The notes under the pieces were generated by a model. That model did not search any database. It saw only the letters and a program-made list of their open reading frames with translations, and had not been told where the DNA came from. This document shows, piece after piece, positions 52,700 through 64,000 of a DNA stretch of 64,000 nt (position 1 is the first letter of the stretch; every line of letters begins with the position of its first letter). Origin of the DNA: Epiperipatus broadwayi (Eukaryota; Animalia; Onychophora); contig JAQFVV010000008.1 in the NCBI GenBank assembly GCA_028023455.1, positions 9,796,001 through 9,860,000 on the forward strand. The letters run 5' to 3'. A program made the translations under genes and the position numbers.

Positions 52700-55600
52700 T
52701 TATAAGCATGCATGTAAAGATAGTTTAAAGAGAGGAGAAATAGAACAAAATGTAATTGAGGAAGATAGGATAGAGTGTTTTTAGTGGAGTGACATGAAAT
52801 ATGGATGGAAAAATAATACAATGAAGATGATTAACCAAAGAATAAGTAAGAGGTAAAGGGTGTAGAAGCAAAATTTTAATCATTAGAGAAAGTGTGAGCA
52901 GTTAAAGAAATTAATAAATAAGAATAATAAGGAAAATGTAGGTAAGGAAGTTTAAAAGATGGAAGAGAATGTTAGGATGAATTAAAAAAAGTAAACCATG
53001 AGAGTATTGATGAGGTTCATTAATTAGAGAATGTGGAGATATAATTGCAAGGGAAAATAGAAATGTATGTAAGAATATGTTTTCCTGGAGTTGGAATTAG
53101 GGATGTTACAGATAAGGTAAAGAAACCAGGGAGTAGAGATGTGTATGTTATGGTAGGGACAAAATTTGTCAGAGTCTTCGGAGAGAGAGAGAGTAATGGA
53201 TGATGAGTTCATAGAATTGATTAGGAATTTGAGTAAGATTAAAGGAAGAGTAGGAATAGTTGGATTATTACCAATATTTGACAATGTGTATATTAGATAG
53301 GGCATGTTCTGTAAATGAAAAATTGTGTGAGATGGTTGTAAATGTGTGGGTGTGGGGGGGTTATTAGTAAGAAGGGGTTATATAATAAAGATGGATTACA
53401 CTTAGCAAAACAAGGAAGTTGAAGTATTAGGGAATTTGATTTTTAAAGAATATAGTTTGGGAAACTTATAAAGGGACCAGGATTTAAATTGTAGTTTTAT
53501 CAGACAGAAGAATGGATAGCATGTGGGGTAGTTGATTTAGATGTAGATGTGGAGAGAGAATGGATCTGTAAAATTAATGGTTAAGCAAATTATTTATAAA
53601 TGTAATGTTAAAGAAAGAGTCGAAAGAATTTATAAATGAGTAAGTAGGAAAGAAGAAATTGGATATTTGAATACACAAGTTGGTAGGAGATTCGGAGAAG
53701 TGGCTAGAATTAAAACAGAGATGAACTTGAGGTAATAGCAGTAGTGGAAACACATCTAAGAGAGGAATAACCTATAATGGAAAACAAGAAGAAAGAACCT
53801 ATAATGAAAGATGGGGGTGGTGGTATAGGAGTTATGGCAAAAAATACTTAAATATTGTTGAATGTCAAAAACATTTGTTCTTTTAGATAAAGTTAGGAAG
53901 ACAAGAAATGGATGGTGGCTATTGTATATATAGCTACTGGAGCTAGTCAAATGATAATTGAGTGGAACAGTAGCATATGGGAATGCCTTATTAATGTTAT
54001 ACAGAGTCAAAAAAAGGGGAAGAGAATAATGGTTATAGGGTATATAAATGGGCATGTTGAAGAAGTAGATAACGAAAATGGACAGCTTTTGAAGAATTTT
54101 TGTCAAAGAGTGAATTTGAGCATTGGGAAATTGTCAAATATTTATGAGGGCCAGTACACATGGTCTAGGAATAATATATTTCATGCAATAGATTATGTAT
54201 TAGTAGAGAAAGGGAATGAATAAGATATGGAAAATTAAAGCATTTGATAATGAGAGTATGTAATAGTGGTTATTATAATAGAAATCGTTAGTAATGTGAT
54301 AGAAAATAGTAATAAAAGTAGGAAGGATAATGAAAAATGTGGATGGAGAATGAATGATAAGAAGAATATAAAATAAAAGTTGAAATCATGGAAGAGTTGG
54401 TTGGGGGTGAATATAAGGATTGGTGTGGTGAAATAGAAAAAGTGGCAAATAGAGTTTTAGGTGAGAATATTCAGAAGAATAAAAGTAATAGGAAAGTGAG
54501 TAAAAGAGAGAAAAAAAGCATGCAGGGAATATAAGTGTGCTATTAAGAACAAAGAAGATGTTAAATGGGAAAAGTAAATAAAAAGAAATTGACTAAGATA
54601 GATAATTATATAGAGAGAATGAAATTGAATAGTAAATGGTTTGAGGGTATTAAAGAGATGTGAGTAAAAAATTTTGGAAATACATTAAAAGAATGAATGT
54701 AAGGGAACGAGAAATAGTATTACTAGATGATGAGGGAATAAAGAGTAGCTCTAGAGAGGAATGAGACAATCTTAAATAAGTATGTAATGGATATAGAAAA
54801 GATGTTAGATGTGAGAGACAGAGTGATAACAAACATGAAAGTATTTAGTAATGGAAATATTAGGTTTACAGAAAATGAGGCAGGGAAGAAAGTGAAAAGG
54901 CAAGAAGTTTAAATGGATGGGCAGCAGAAATGGTGATGAATTTAGGAAATAGGGCAAAGATAAACCTATTATTATGTTTTGATAAAATGACACAGAAGAT
55001 TTTCCAGATAGTTGGAGTAATACAAGAGTACGGTTATTATTTAAAGGAAGGGTAAGGATAATAGGAAGTTAAGCAATTATTGACCAATAGCAGTAACAGT
55101 ATTATATAAAGTTTTCGGATATATGGTGGCTGGGTCGCAAAATGGATAGAAGAAAATAATATAGTAGGAGAAATGCAAGGTTTTTGATCAGATAGGTATA
55201 TAGTTTATTTGTAGTTACACAACTTACATGAGTAGAAACACAGGTAGACAGTTATATATGTTTTTTTTTTTATAGATATAGAAAAGGCATATGATAGAGT
55301 AAATAGAAATTTTAAGTTCAGTAAATTTGGAAATGGATGGAGCTTTAGTGGATCTTCTTAAGAGATTGTATGAAAATAATTACTATAAGTATCAATTAGG
55401 GAGTACAGAATCAGTTAAAAATGGGGTGAGACTAAGGCAAGAATGCCTGATGTCACTTATTTTGTTTTATAGTATTTGAGAAAAATGGAGAGAGCAGTAG
55501 ACAGACTAGGAAGAGGTGTAGAGATATCGTTAATAGGTGGCAAGGGAGTGTATATATTATCGGGTCTTTTATTTGCAGATGACTTCATCTTGTGCATAGA

Positions 55601-56900
55601 AAGAAGGAAGATATGGAAGTTATGCTGAGGTCATACACAAAGATTGGTAAAGAGATGGGGATTAAATTTAGCATAGAAAAATCAAAAATAATGTTTATTA
55701 ATACTGGGAAAAGAAAAGACAAATAATTGTTTATTGGGGAATATAAGGTTAAGAGTGGTGAATATGTATAACTGTTTGGGAAATCATCAAAAGTAATCAG
55801 AAAAATTACTTTGATGAATGGGAGAAAAAATTGATTAATGAAGCAAAGAAAAGGACTTATAAAGAAATTACCAGTGTTTTCATATAATAAATATGATGTA
55901 GCTAGAATTGTATGGAAAGAAGTGACAGTAACAGGGTTAACATATGGCAATGATGCATTATGTGTTAGTAAAGAGGTATTAAATTACTTAGAAAACAAAC
56001 AAAAAAGTAGAAAGGCATGCTTTAGATGCAGATGTGTGGATGGCAAAGAAAGCAATTCAAAGAGAAATTGGATATCAAGTTTTTATGAGAGATGCAAAAA
56101 GCAAAATGAAAATGTTTGTAGATTACAATTTATAGATGGTAAGAGAATAACCAAAATAGTATTTAATTGAGTTATGAGTAAAGAGCAGGCAACAAGATGG
56201 ATGAGAAAAGTAGTTCAGTATGCAGAAGATTCGGATAAAGAAATTTATGTCAGTATACTTATACAAAAGGTAGGATGATTGGGTTAGGAGAATTGCTGAG
56301 TGTTATAGTAGCAAGGAATGGGATAGAAGAATAAAGTGCATTAATAAAGAGTTGGAGAGATGGAGAAATAGTGTGGAGAGTAAAAAAGATTTTAAATATA
56401 TTGTGCAAGTTAATTTATGATAATAGCAAAGAAAGTAGTTTACTGTTTAAGGCTCGAACAGGATTTTCAGCAACAAGGGAATATACGCATAAATGGGGAA
56501 ATGTGGGTGATTTAGTCTGCAAGTTGTGTAAGGAAGGCATAGAAAATATTAAGCATCTGTTAATTGAATGTAAATGCCAGAAAGGGTACAAATAATGAAG
56601 TTGTCAAAGAATAAATATAAACAAAGTGATTATATAGAAAGTGGGTTTTTGTTTTTTATGCTGGGTTTGGGAAAAGATAAGGAAATTTAGATATAAAGGC
56701 AGTGGTATTGATAAAGATTGTGTTGTGGAAATGGGATGGTGCAGAATAGAAAAGAATATGGGAAAAACTGGGTGTGGAATGGAAAGGGAAAATAAAGTAG
56801 TTAACAGGTTTCTCTGGGTATAGTGGCTGAGAGATTCCTGATTCTGTATAAGGAGAAGTCACAGTGCAAACAAAGAATTTATACATACACTGATGGAAAA
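52700..56900 (+). mobile_element. Decayed full-length LINE with C-terminal CCHC motif (RTE-X-like, resembles tick LINEs)
   Basis: EN fragments (GYINGHVEE..NENGQLLKNFC, YTWSRNN..AIDYVLV), RT fragments (DIEKAYDRV ~55277, LLFADD ~55566) and C-terminal SSLLFKARTG...CKLCKEGIENIKHLLIEC. Strong purine bias on +. Clade assignment is tentative. Confidence 0.75.
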
Positions 56901-57167
56901 TAAGTTTATAATTAGATATCTTATTTTCTAAGATTAAGTGATTTAATTTATATATATGTATTATTTTGTTATGGGTGAATAAATTCTTGTTTAAGTTTTA
57001 TTTGTATTAATGTTTTTTTATTTCAAATATACTGTTGCAACTCAGTTGGTATTGTAAGTAATACCTCTGAGGAATGCAGTACTTTCTCCAATCATTTAAT
57101 AGATTTCAAAACTAAATGACTTTTTTTTTTCAGGAATACTGGATTTCTAAGCAAAGTTGAGATGTTG

Positions 57168-57270
57168 ATAGCTATCCAATCTTGTCTGATTCTTAGTTGA
57201 AAGGTCTTAAGATAATTTATTGGAGATATTAATAGCTATCAATCTTATTTGATTCTTAGTTGAAAGGTCT
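57168..57270. repeat. Diverged short direct repeat (~40-bp unit, period ~63)
   Basis: ATAGCTATC(C)AATCTT.T.TGATTCTTAGTTGAAAGGTCT occurs twice. Confidence 0.8.
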
Positions 57271-60200
57271 GATCATTGCCCAAATAACTATATATTATTG
57301 CCTTATAGAACAAGTTTCAAGCTTATCAAAGACTAGATACTGTTTTTGATACAAAAATTCTTTTTTTTTTTTTGGATGCTGCTACTTTTATTATTTTTTA
57401 ATTTTCTTTTACTTTGCTATCATTTAGAATGGTACCAATCACCATGAATCTCTCTCTGCATTAATTGTTGACAATGGAATAATATTTACGTACCATCTTT
57501 AAACAGAAAGATGACTAAATACCTTTTATTAAAAAAATACTTAATTGATAATAAATATATAATAATAAGGGTATGATATTTGTGGATTAAACTAGTCTAG
57601 AGGAATTATAAATATCTTGGCGACCACATACATGTTGGAGTGATTATACAATTTTTATTTTTAATTGACTTATTTATAATAATCATGGATAATAACCAGT
57701 TTGGGCACATATAAAGGATAAGCCCTTTTGCAAATCCAGCCATTTTTCCTGACCGTTATTCTCTCCACATTAATAATAATATTAAAAAATAATATACTGT
57801 ACTTAGAATTTTGATGAGAAATAAATAGGCAACAAAGTTACTAATAATTTTAATGAGAATAATATAACAAATCATATTTATATCTAAATATTTGTATGAA
57901 AAGCATGCATGACAAAAAAATCTTTGTTTATTTATAACAATAAAAAAAAAAAGTTTATAATATGTTTATTCTGTTATCTATTTATGTTTCAATCATCTCA
58001 CATTTCTCTAATTTTTGAATATAGACATATACCTATAAGAATCTCATATTTTAAATGTCTGCAAGCAATTTTTAATATTTTAATTTGTCATGATTTGTTT
58101 CAATTATAGTTTATTTCCATGAAGTTTTTTTCCTATTGATTGAGGGTGTCAAAATTATGCAAATTACTAAATCCAGTCAAAGAAAAGTATCTCCATTTGA
58201 CAACTATTAAATTAGAGGGCAAGTTTCCTTACATCAAGTGTCACATATTTTCATGTCTGAAAGCAATTAATAGACTGGTAAAATTGAAGTTAATTTCTAA
58301 GGCATTTTTTTAAATTTACAGTTCCATAATAAGCCAAATTAATGAAAAGTTCAGCAGGTAAGACACTCGGAAGATTTTACTCCAAAACTGCATTATCTCT
58401 ACTTAAATAATCATTAAAATTTTCTTGACTTCTATCTTGTAGTAGCATAATGAAGAAAGTAATTCCCTATCTTTTGTTTGAAAGCAGACAATCGGTGTTG
58501 TTTTGTTTCCAATTGGTTTTCATAGCAACTTGATATTATTAATAGTTAATTTTATTTTAAAGAAAGGAATTGTAATAAAATTTTAAATTTTACAATTATT
58601 ATTTTTAATTTCTTCATAATTCATATTACACACATGACTTTTATACAACTTTGAATACTGTATATAATAAAAAAAAATGCATATAAATTTACCAAAAAGC
58701 CATGCATGTAAACTATTGTGGAGATTATATTTTCCCCTCTTCCATTTAGGAATAAACTAGAGTCAATTTGGCATAAACATTGCTTGATTTTACTTCTACT
58801 CTGAAAAAAAATTTTTTTTTTTAAATCTGAAAATAATGTCTTTTAAAATGAACTTATAAGCTGATACAAATATAACAAATAACATGTCATCCTTCATCTA
58901 GATAATATTTCATAATTCTATTACACTTCGTATACGTAACTTTTTTAGACATTCAATTAAAAATTATTTATTTGAGTTGATCATTCACCCTCAATGCTGA
59001 GATGAGCAAAGAAATCATTCATTAGCAATGAGTGTACCATGTAGCATAAATACCAAGAGAGCTATCTTAAGCACAAATATAATATCAAACCACATATAAA
59101 TGAATACCAGTACATTTAACCAAAGTCTTGTTTCAGTATAAGATTTAGAAGCTAATGCACAATACAATGCAAGAATTATGCATAGCTCATTCTTGAGACT
59201 TAGAGGTTGACTAATAGAAATTACGACTGACTCATGTTTGATATTTTTAGAGGCTGACAAATATAAAATTATGCCTGGCTTACTTTTGAGACTTGGGAGA
59301 CATATTTTAAGCATAAAATAGTTGGGAATAGTGCTGAGGTAAAGATTGTAGTATCCTGAAAACATAACCTCAAAACAAAAAAGTCTCCATCTATTATCTA
59401 TGCAGAAAGCACATGATCAACCTTCAATAAACTAGTTTAAATTATATAGTCGTCATTTTCTGTATCCCAATTTATATAATTTTATAATCTATACTACATA
59501 ATTGTTTTTGCATTTTCTTATAACATACCCTTTTAACAAGTGCAGGCCATCAACTTAATGGCCATCCTTATTCATAGAAGGATTAAATTTTGCAGGCTCT
59601 CACTTGGAATGACCTGAAACACCTTTTATTTACCATATGAGAATCTTTAATAATTTTGTTAAAATTTTCTATCAAATTTGTCTAGAGAGACAAATATCTT
59701 CCTATTACTAAAAAAATGTAAGATAGTTGAAAAAAGTCCTAAAATCAGGAAAATTAAATCATTTATTTAAAAATCATAAACCTCATAATTCATAAATTTA
59801 TCATTAACTATAAATATCATACTGTTGGTTAGAGTAACTTTATAATGTTACTTAATATCATGCTAGTATGTATATTTTATTATTATATTTTAATATAATC
59901 TATTTAAAGATAGCTATCAAATATTTACAGCAGTCATAAATAATCATTTATACATTTCAAATCATTTTAATTTATTCATTTATAATTGATACTGATTTGT
60001 CATATTTATTTCTTTGGTCTATTGTCTTAAACATTACTCTGACACTTGAAAGTAATTATTAAACTTTGAAGATATTTAGAATTATTGATTATAAATTTGT
60101 AAAGATAGGTCTATGTTTATCGAAGTATGCAAAAGCATTTAATTAATTTTAATGTGATTCGTATTTGTTGGGTAAATAGAAGCTCACTATTTATGTTATT

Positions 60201-60949
60201 AATTCATTTATTGAATTTACTATTTTATTAAATTAAAATCCAAGTTTGCTGTTTTTACTGTTCTACTTCAAGATTATTTATTTTGTCTCTCTGGTTGAAA
60301 CTCAGATATCTGCTCTGATATTGGTTGAAAATGGATGGAATGCTTTCAAGGAAAAAAGATAACACCCAAAAGATATTGCATATATATACACACACACACA
60401 AAATAGTGTATAGTATTAGATATAGCAGCTCAACTTGGTACATAAATTAGCAACATATAGCTGATGAATTGTTCTAACACAATACTTAGAATCTTATAGC
60501 ATGAATCAAACTTTTATTTTAACAAACAAGTGTAATTATTAATATTAAATTATTTATTTTTAATCTGTGACTCTACTCTTCATATTGTTGTTGTTGTTTT
60601 AACAACCCAATTTATTAATAATATTTTATTTCTCATTTATTTGATATTTCATGGAAAACATTTTTTACTAATTTTAAGATTTGTTTTTTCTCATTCTCAA
60701 ATATCTCTAAATAAATTAATAAATCAAATATAATTTCAAAAGTTACAGTAGAATAAGATTTTCATAAAGATTTTTAAGTTTATACTTAGTTCAAAAGCAA
60801 CACAAATTTAACAATTCAAATTAAATCAAAATTTCATTTTATCCAGTAGTTTTGTAAATATATTTGCCAACCATTGACAAATAGCACAAAAAATAATGTT
60901 AAAGAAAAAGTTATCTTTCATTATTAATATTGAACATCAATATGTTTGC

Positions 60950-62520
60950 TATGTTTATTCACAATTCTAGTTCAGATTAATTACATTATCCTCAAAAGTT
61001 CCTTTAACATTCCAAATCTTGCATATCAGAAACTTTATAAATTTAACCTTTTTTACAGATATCAACTCTAGCTATACATTTAGTTTTCCTGATAAGAATA
61101 ACAAGTTGATATCTAATAGTAAACACAATGCTGAACCTCTTATTTCTTGTTTCACTACTTTCAGCACAGTCCATATTGGAGTATGCAGTTATTCTTTTAC
61201 TAGAATCAATGTGTCAAAATTTAACTCCTCAGTCTACTGTTGCCTTAAGCATTAGTATCTTTTATAATTTTTTCAAGCTTCAACACAAAATGTGCATATT
61301 GGGAATTATAGATCTATTCACATCTTTGGTCATATGTTTATGACTACATCCCTCCATAAGATAATAAAATGGATAGAAATCAGTTTATACCTTGTGTGAA
61401 GATGGTGTAGTGAAAATTACACTACAGAAATATTGTTCATTATTGGATAATTTTTAGTTTAAGGAATGACTAATAAAAACTATTAATATATCTCCTTATA
61501 AACTTCTCATATAAACTATGACTGATAATGCTCTGTTTGAAAGATAAATAATCTGTCAATTAACTCTTTATAAAAAATTGATCAAAATTTCTTTCACGTT
61601 GAGCATATATGTTAAGTTTTCTGTATGAAGGCATATTGAAATACCGATTTTTCAGAGTTGATTCAGTATATGATTTCTGAGTAAGTCTTATTTTCCTTCT
61701 ATCATGATGTACATCCACTCTGATAAACTGAATAATTTCTTTCGTTTCAATTGAAGTTTTACCACTACAGTTTTCAGCTTTGGCAAGATTGTTTCTAATT
61801 GTTAATTCAGGTTCATAACTATTATGAAAATACATGTATCTAAAATAATTAGATTAAAACATTTTGGGGTTTTTTTTTGTATGATTTTAATAAACAATAT
61901 AATGATTTATTCAATTTTCAAAATTTACCCTACATGTAATATTTTCATATCGACTTTATCTTTTAAAATACTACCGTAGAAAAATGCAGGTTTAATATCA
62001 AATTTCACAATGGCCCACCTTTCTTCATGATTGCCATTTTTTAAAATCTAAATATCTGATTACTTAATAAAATCTATCTTTCAACATTTCATTATCTTGT
62101 CAATTTCTATGTATCACTCTACCAATCACAACATTCCACATCCTTTCCCCGAATATATATTTCATAGGAATTCCAAATCTGACAAATTACATGACCTAAA
62201 TTTAGCTAAAGAAAACTAGGCTTCAGTACAAATAGAAAATGCATTTCATATACAAATTACATTTAGGTTTTAAATAAATTAATTGCAAATCCAGAAATCT
62301 TTAATTTTTGAATCCAACCCTATCATCACTAAATTGAGCAGAGTAATCAACAAATATAAAATAGCAAGGGCATGACAATTTTCAAATAATAGACAATGGT
62401 TAATGGATAATGAGTTAATAATATCAGTACTTAAATTCTTCTTATTCATATCATGGTAAAGATAAAGCAATCTTTCAATAGACAACTTTTCAATGGACAA
62501 CTGCGGTGACATTTCCTGGC
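60950..62520 (-). mobile_element. Copia (Ty1) LTR-retrotransposon pol remnant (RT-RNase H)
   Basis: Minus-strand RWAIVKFDIKPAFFYG (~62020-61975; Copia W.I.Q.DVK.AFL.G), DTCIFI, VDVHHDRRKIRLTQKSY, and RNase H-like KILMLKATVD..TAYSNMDCAES.ETR. Confidence 0.7.
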
Positions 62521-63741
62521 TGGTGAGAAATTGAATGTTTTACCATTTTTGTTCTTTTCTCTAATTAAGAATATTTATATACATAGCTATTCAAGGTTTA
62601 GTTGGGTTGTTAATGGGTGAAATATTTGCATTCTTAACCTGGATGGAACGTGAAAAGATTTTCAAATTTTTCCCAAAGCTGAATTTGAAATTCCAAGACA
62701 TGGGCATGGCACGCACGTGCATTATCACCATGTCATGCGTCCATTATATTTGTCTTAACCTTAACGTCCCACTTTTACAAAAAAAAAAAAATGTAAGCAG
62801 CTATATATTTACTACGGGTCAGAAACAACGTAAGAGCAACTCTCTCTTCTATATTGTTAATTAATCTATAAATAAATAATCGAAATATTTGTCGTTCAAG
62901 AGTTCACATGAAGTTCGAGCATCGAAAGTGACCGAATTGAGCCACGATCCATGAATCTTGAACTTAAAGAGTTCGCCATTCTATCACTAAATTCAACAAC
63001 GCAGGGTTATTAAAGGATCATATTAAGTCAACGCGTATTCAATATTTATTATTACTCATTTTCTGAGAGAAAAAAAAAATTTCAATTAAAATAAAAGTAT
63101 AGAATACAATTTTTAACTAGTTCTTTTTTAAGGATATTAATCAATTATTCATATTTTATTAAAATGTGAAAAATTATTCAAATTATTGATTAAAAAATTA
63201 ACATCTGCTCATAAAGAATGCTTTAAATACGGTATATCTTAACCTGAGGCGACCTCAAGGGATAAATTTGGGAGAGAAGTTTTTGTTGTTTTCATGCATC
63301 ATTTTAATTATATATATGCAGGCTTTCTAGACGAAGTTTTTTTCTTTTTTGTAGTTTTACTCTTAAATTTATTTTAATCATTCTCTTGAGTGGTTGACTG
63401 GTTTCTGATAAGGGTGTTTCGAAGTATTTCCTGGTTAGCGAATTATACTGTCCAGTCATGGTTTACAGATTACATTAATTATAGAAATTAAAAACTTGGT
63501 TTTAGCAAATATATAAAATAATATTTAAAATCTGACCAAAAGTTGTTTTTTAAGAGAAAAAAGTTTTCAAAATTCTATATTTTAAAACGGTTTTTTTTTA
63601 ATAAAAAAAAGAAAAAAAAAAGGAGTTGAATTAATAATAATATGAATTAGTGGTTAAACTTGAATTATCTTGATTAGTAAATAGTGTTCGAATCTGAATA
63701 ATTGTAAACACACACACAAAAAAATACTTAATACATGGTTC

Positions 63742-63766
63742 TTTTATTATTATTATTATTATTATT
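63742..63766. repeat. (TTA)n microsatellite
   Basis: Directly visible. Confidence 0.9.
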
Positions 63767-64000
63767 ACAGTATTATAAAGAAATTTTTAAAATTCTACCT
63801 AAGATTCACTGAGTAGATTTCCTATGACCGTCTTGCAAGCAGCATGAGATATAGTAAACCAATGTCTTCATTTGGAAATCAGACTTTGTCTTATGATAAA
63901 TTCATGTTTAATAAGAAAAACATCAAAATATAAATAAAGATATATTTTAAAAATATAAAAGCCTTTCCTGTGCACACATTTGTTCTTGAAATAGACATGG

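Noticed and set aside
53024-56886. Numerous minus-strand ORFs (e.g. 53756-54106, 55585-55950) and the plus-strand ORFs at 3798-5369
   Set aside because: These are antisense shadows of purine-biased LINE sequence with Leu/Phe/Ser/Ile-rich composition and no motifs.
61560-62512. ORFs 62279-62512 and 61560-61835 as exons of a host gene
   Set aside because: They are interleaved with clear Copia RT/RNase H motifs on the same strand, so they are better explained as pol fragments.

Overview
Very AT-rich metazoan genomic DNA. An invertebrate (arthropod/chelicerate) source is my inference from the tick-like RTE-X and RTE LINE content. The only recognisable host genes are a head-to-head pair at ~30.4-32.7 kb: an uninterrupted-CDS PNRC (PNRC1/2-like) gene on +, and the first two exons of an unidentified proline-rich gene on -. 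The rest is mostly decayed transposons: RTE, RTE-X and other LINEs, Gypsy, Copia, piggyBac and hAT MITEs. The most striking signal lies between 6 and 27 kb. Eight insertions share one architecture: two divergent inverted copies of an element, one arm ~30-70 nt longer at its outer end, and the whole unit flanked by a 10-15 bp target-site duplication. The two largest are >1-monomer arrays (466-473 bp and 416-420 bp monomers) in which each monomer carries a minimal type I hammerhead ribozyme with a palindromic stem III. A related tandem element at 40.8-41.3 kb carries a decayed hammerhead, and one foldback couples a tRNA-derived head to a hammerhead-like core. This looks like a family of non-autonomous, Penelope-mobilised 'retrozymes' copied from circular or multimeric RNA. 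Two hAT MITEs resemble, from my recollection of the consensus sequences, the mammalian elements URR1 and MER30, and are candidates for horizontal transfer. All alignments and coordinates were done by eye; no searches or folding were run.
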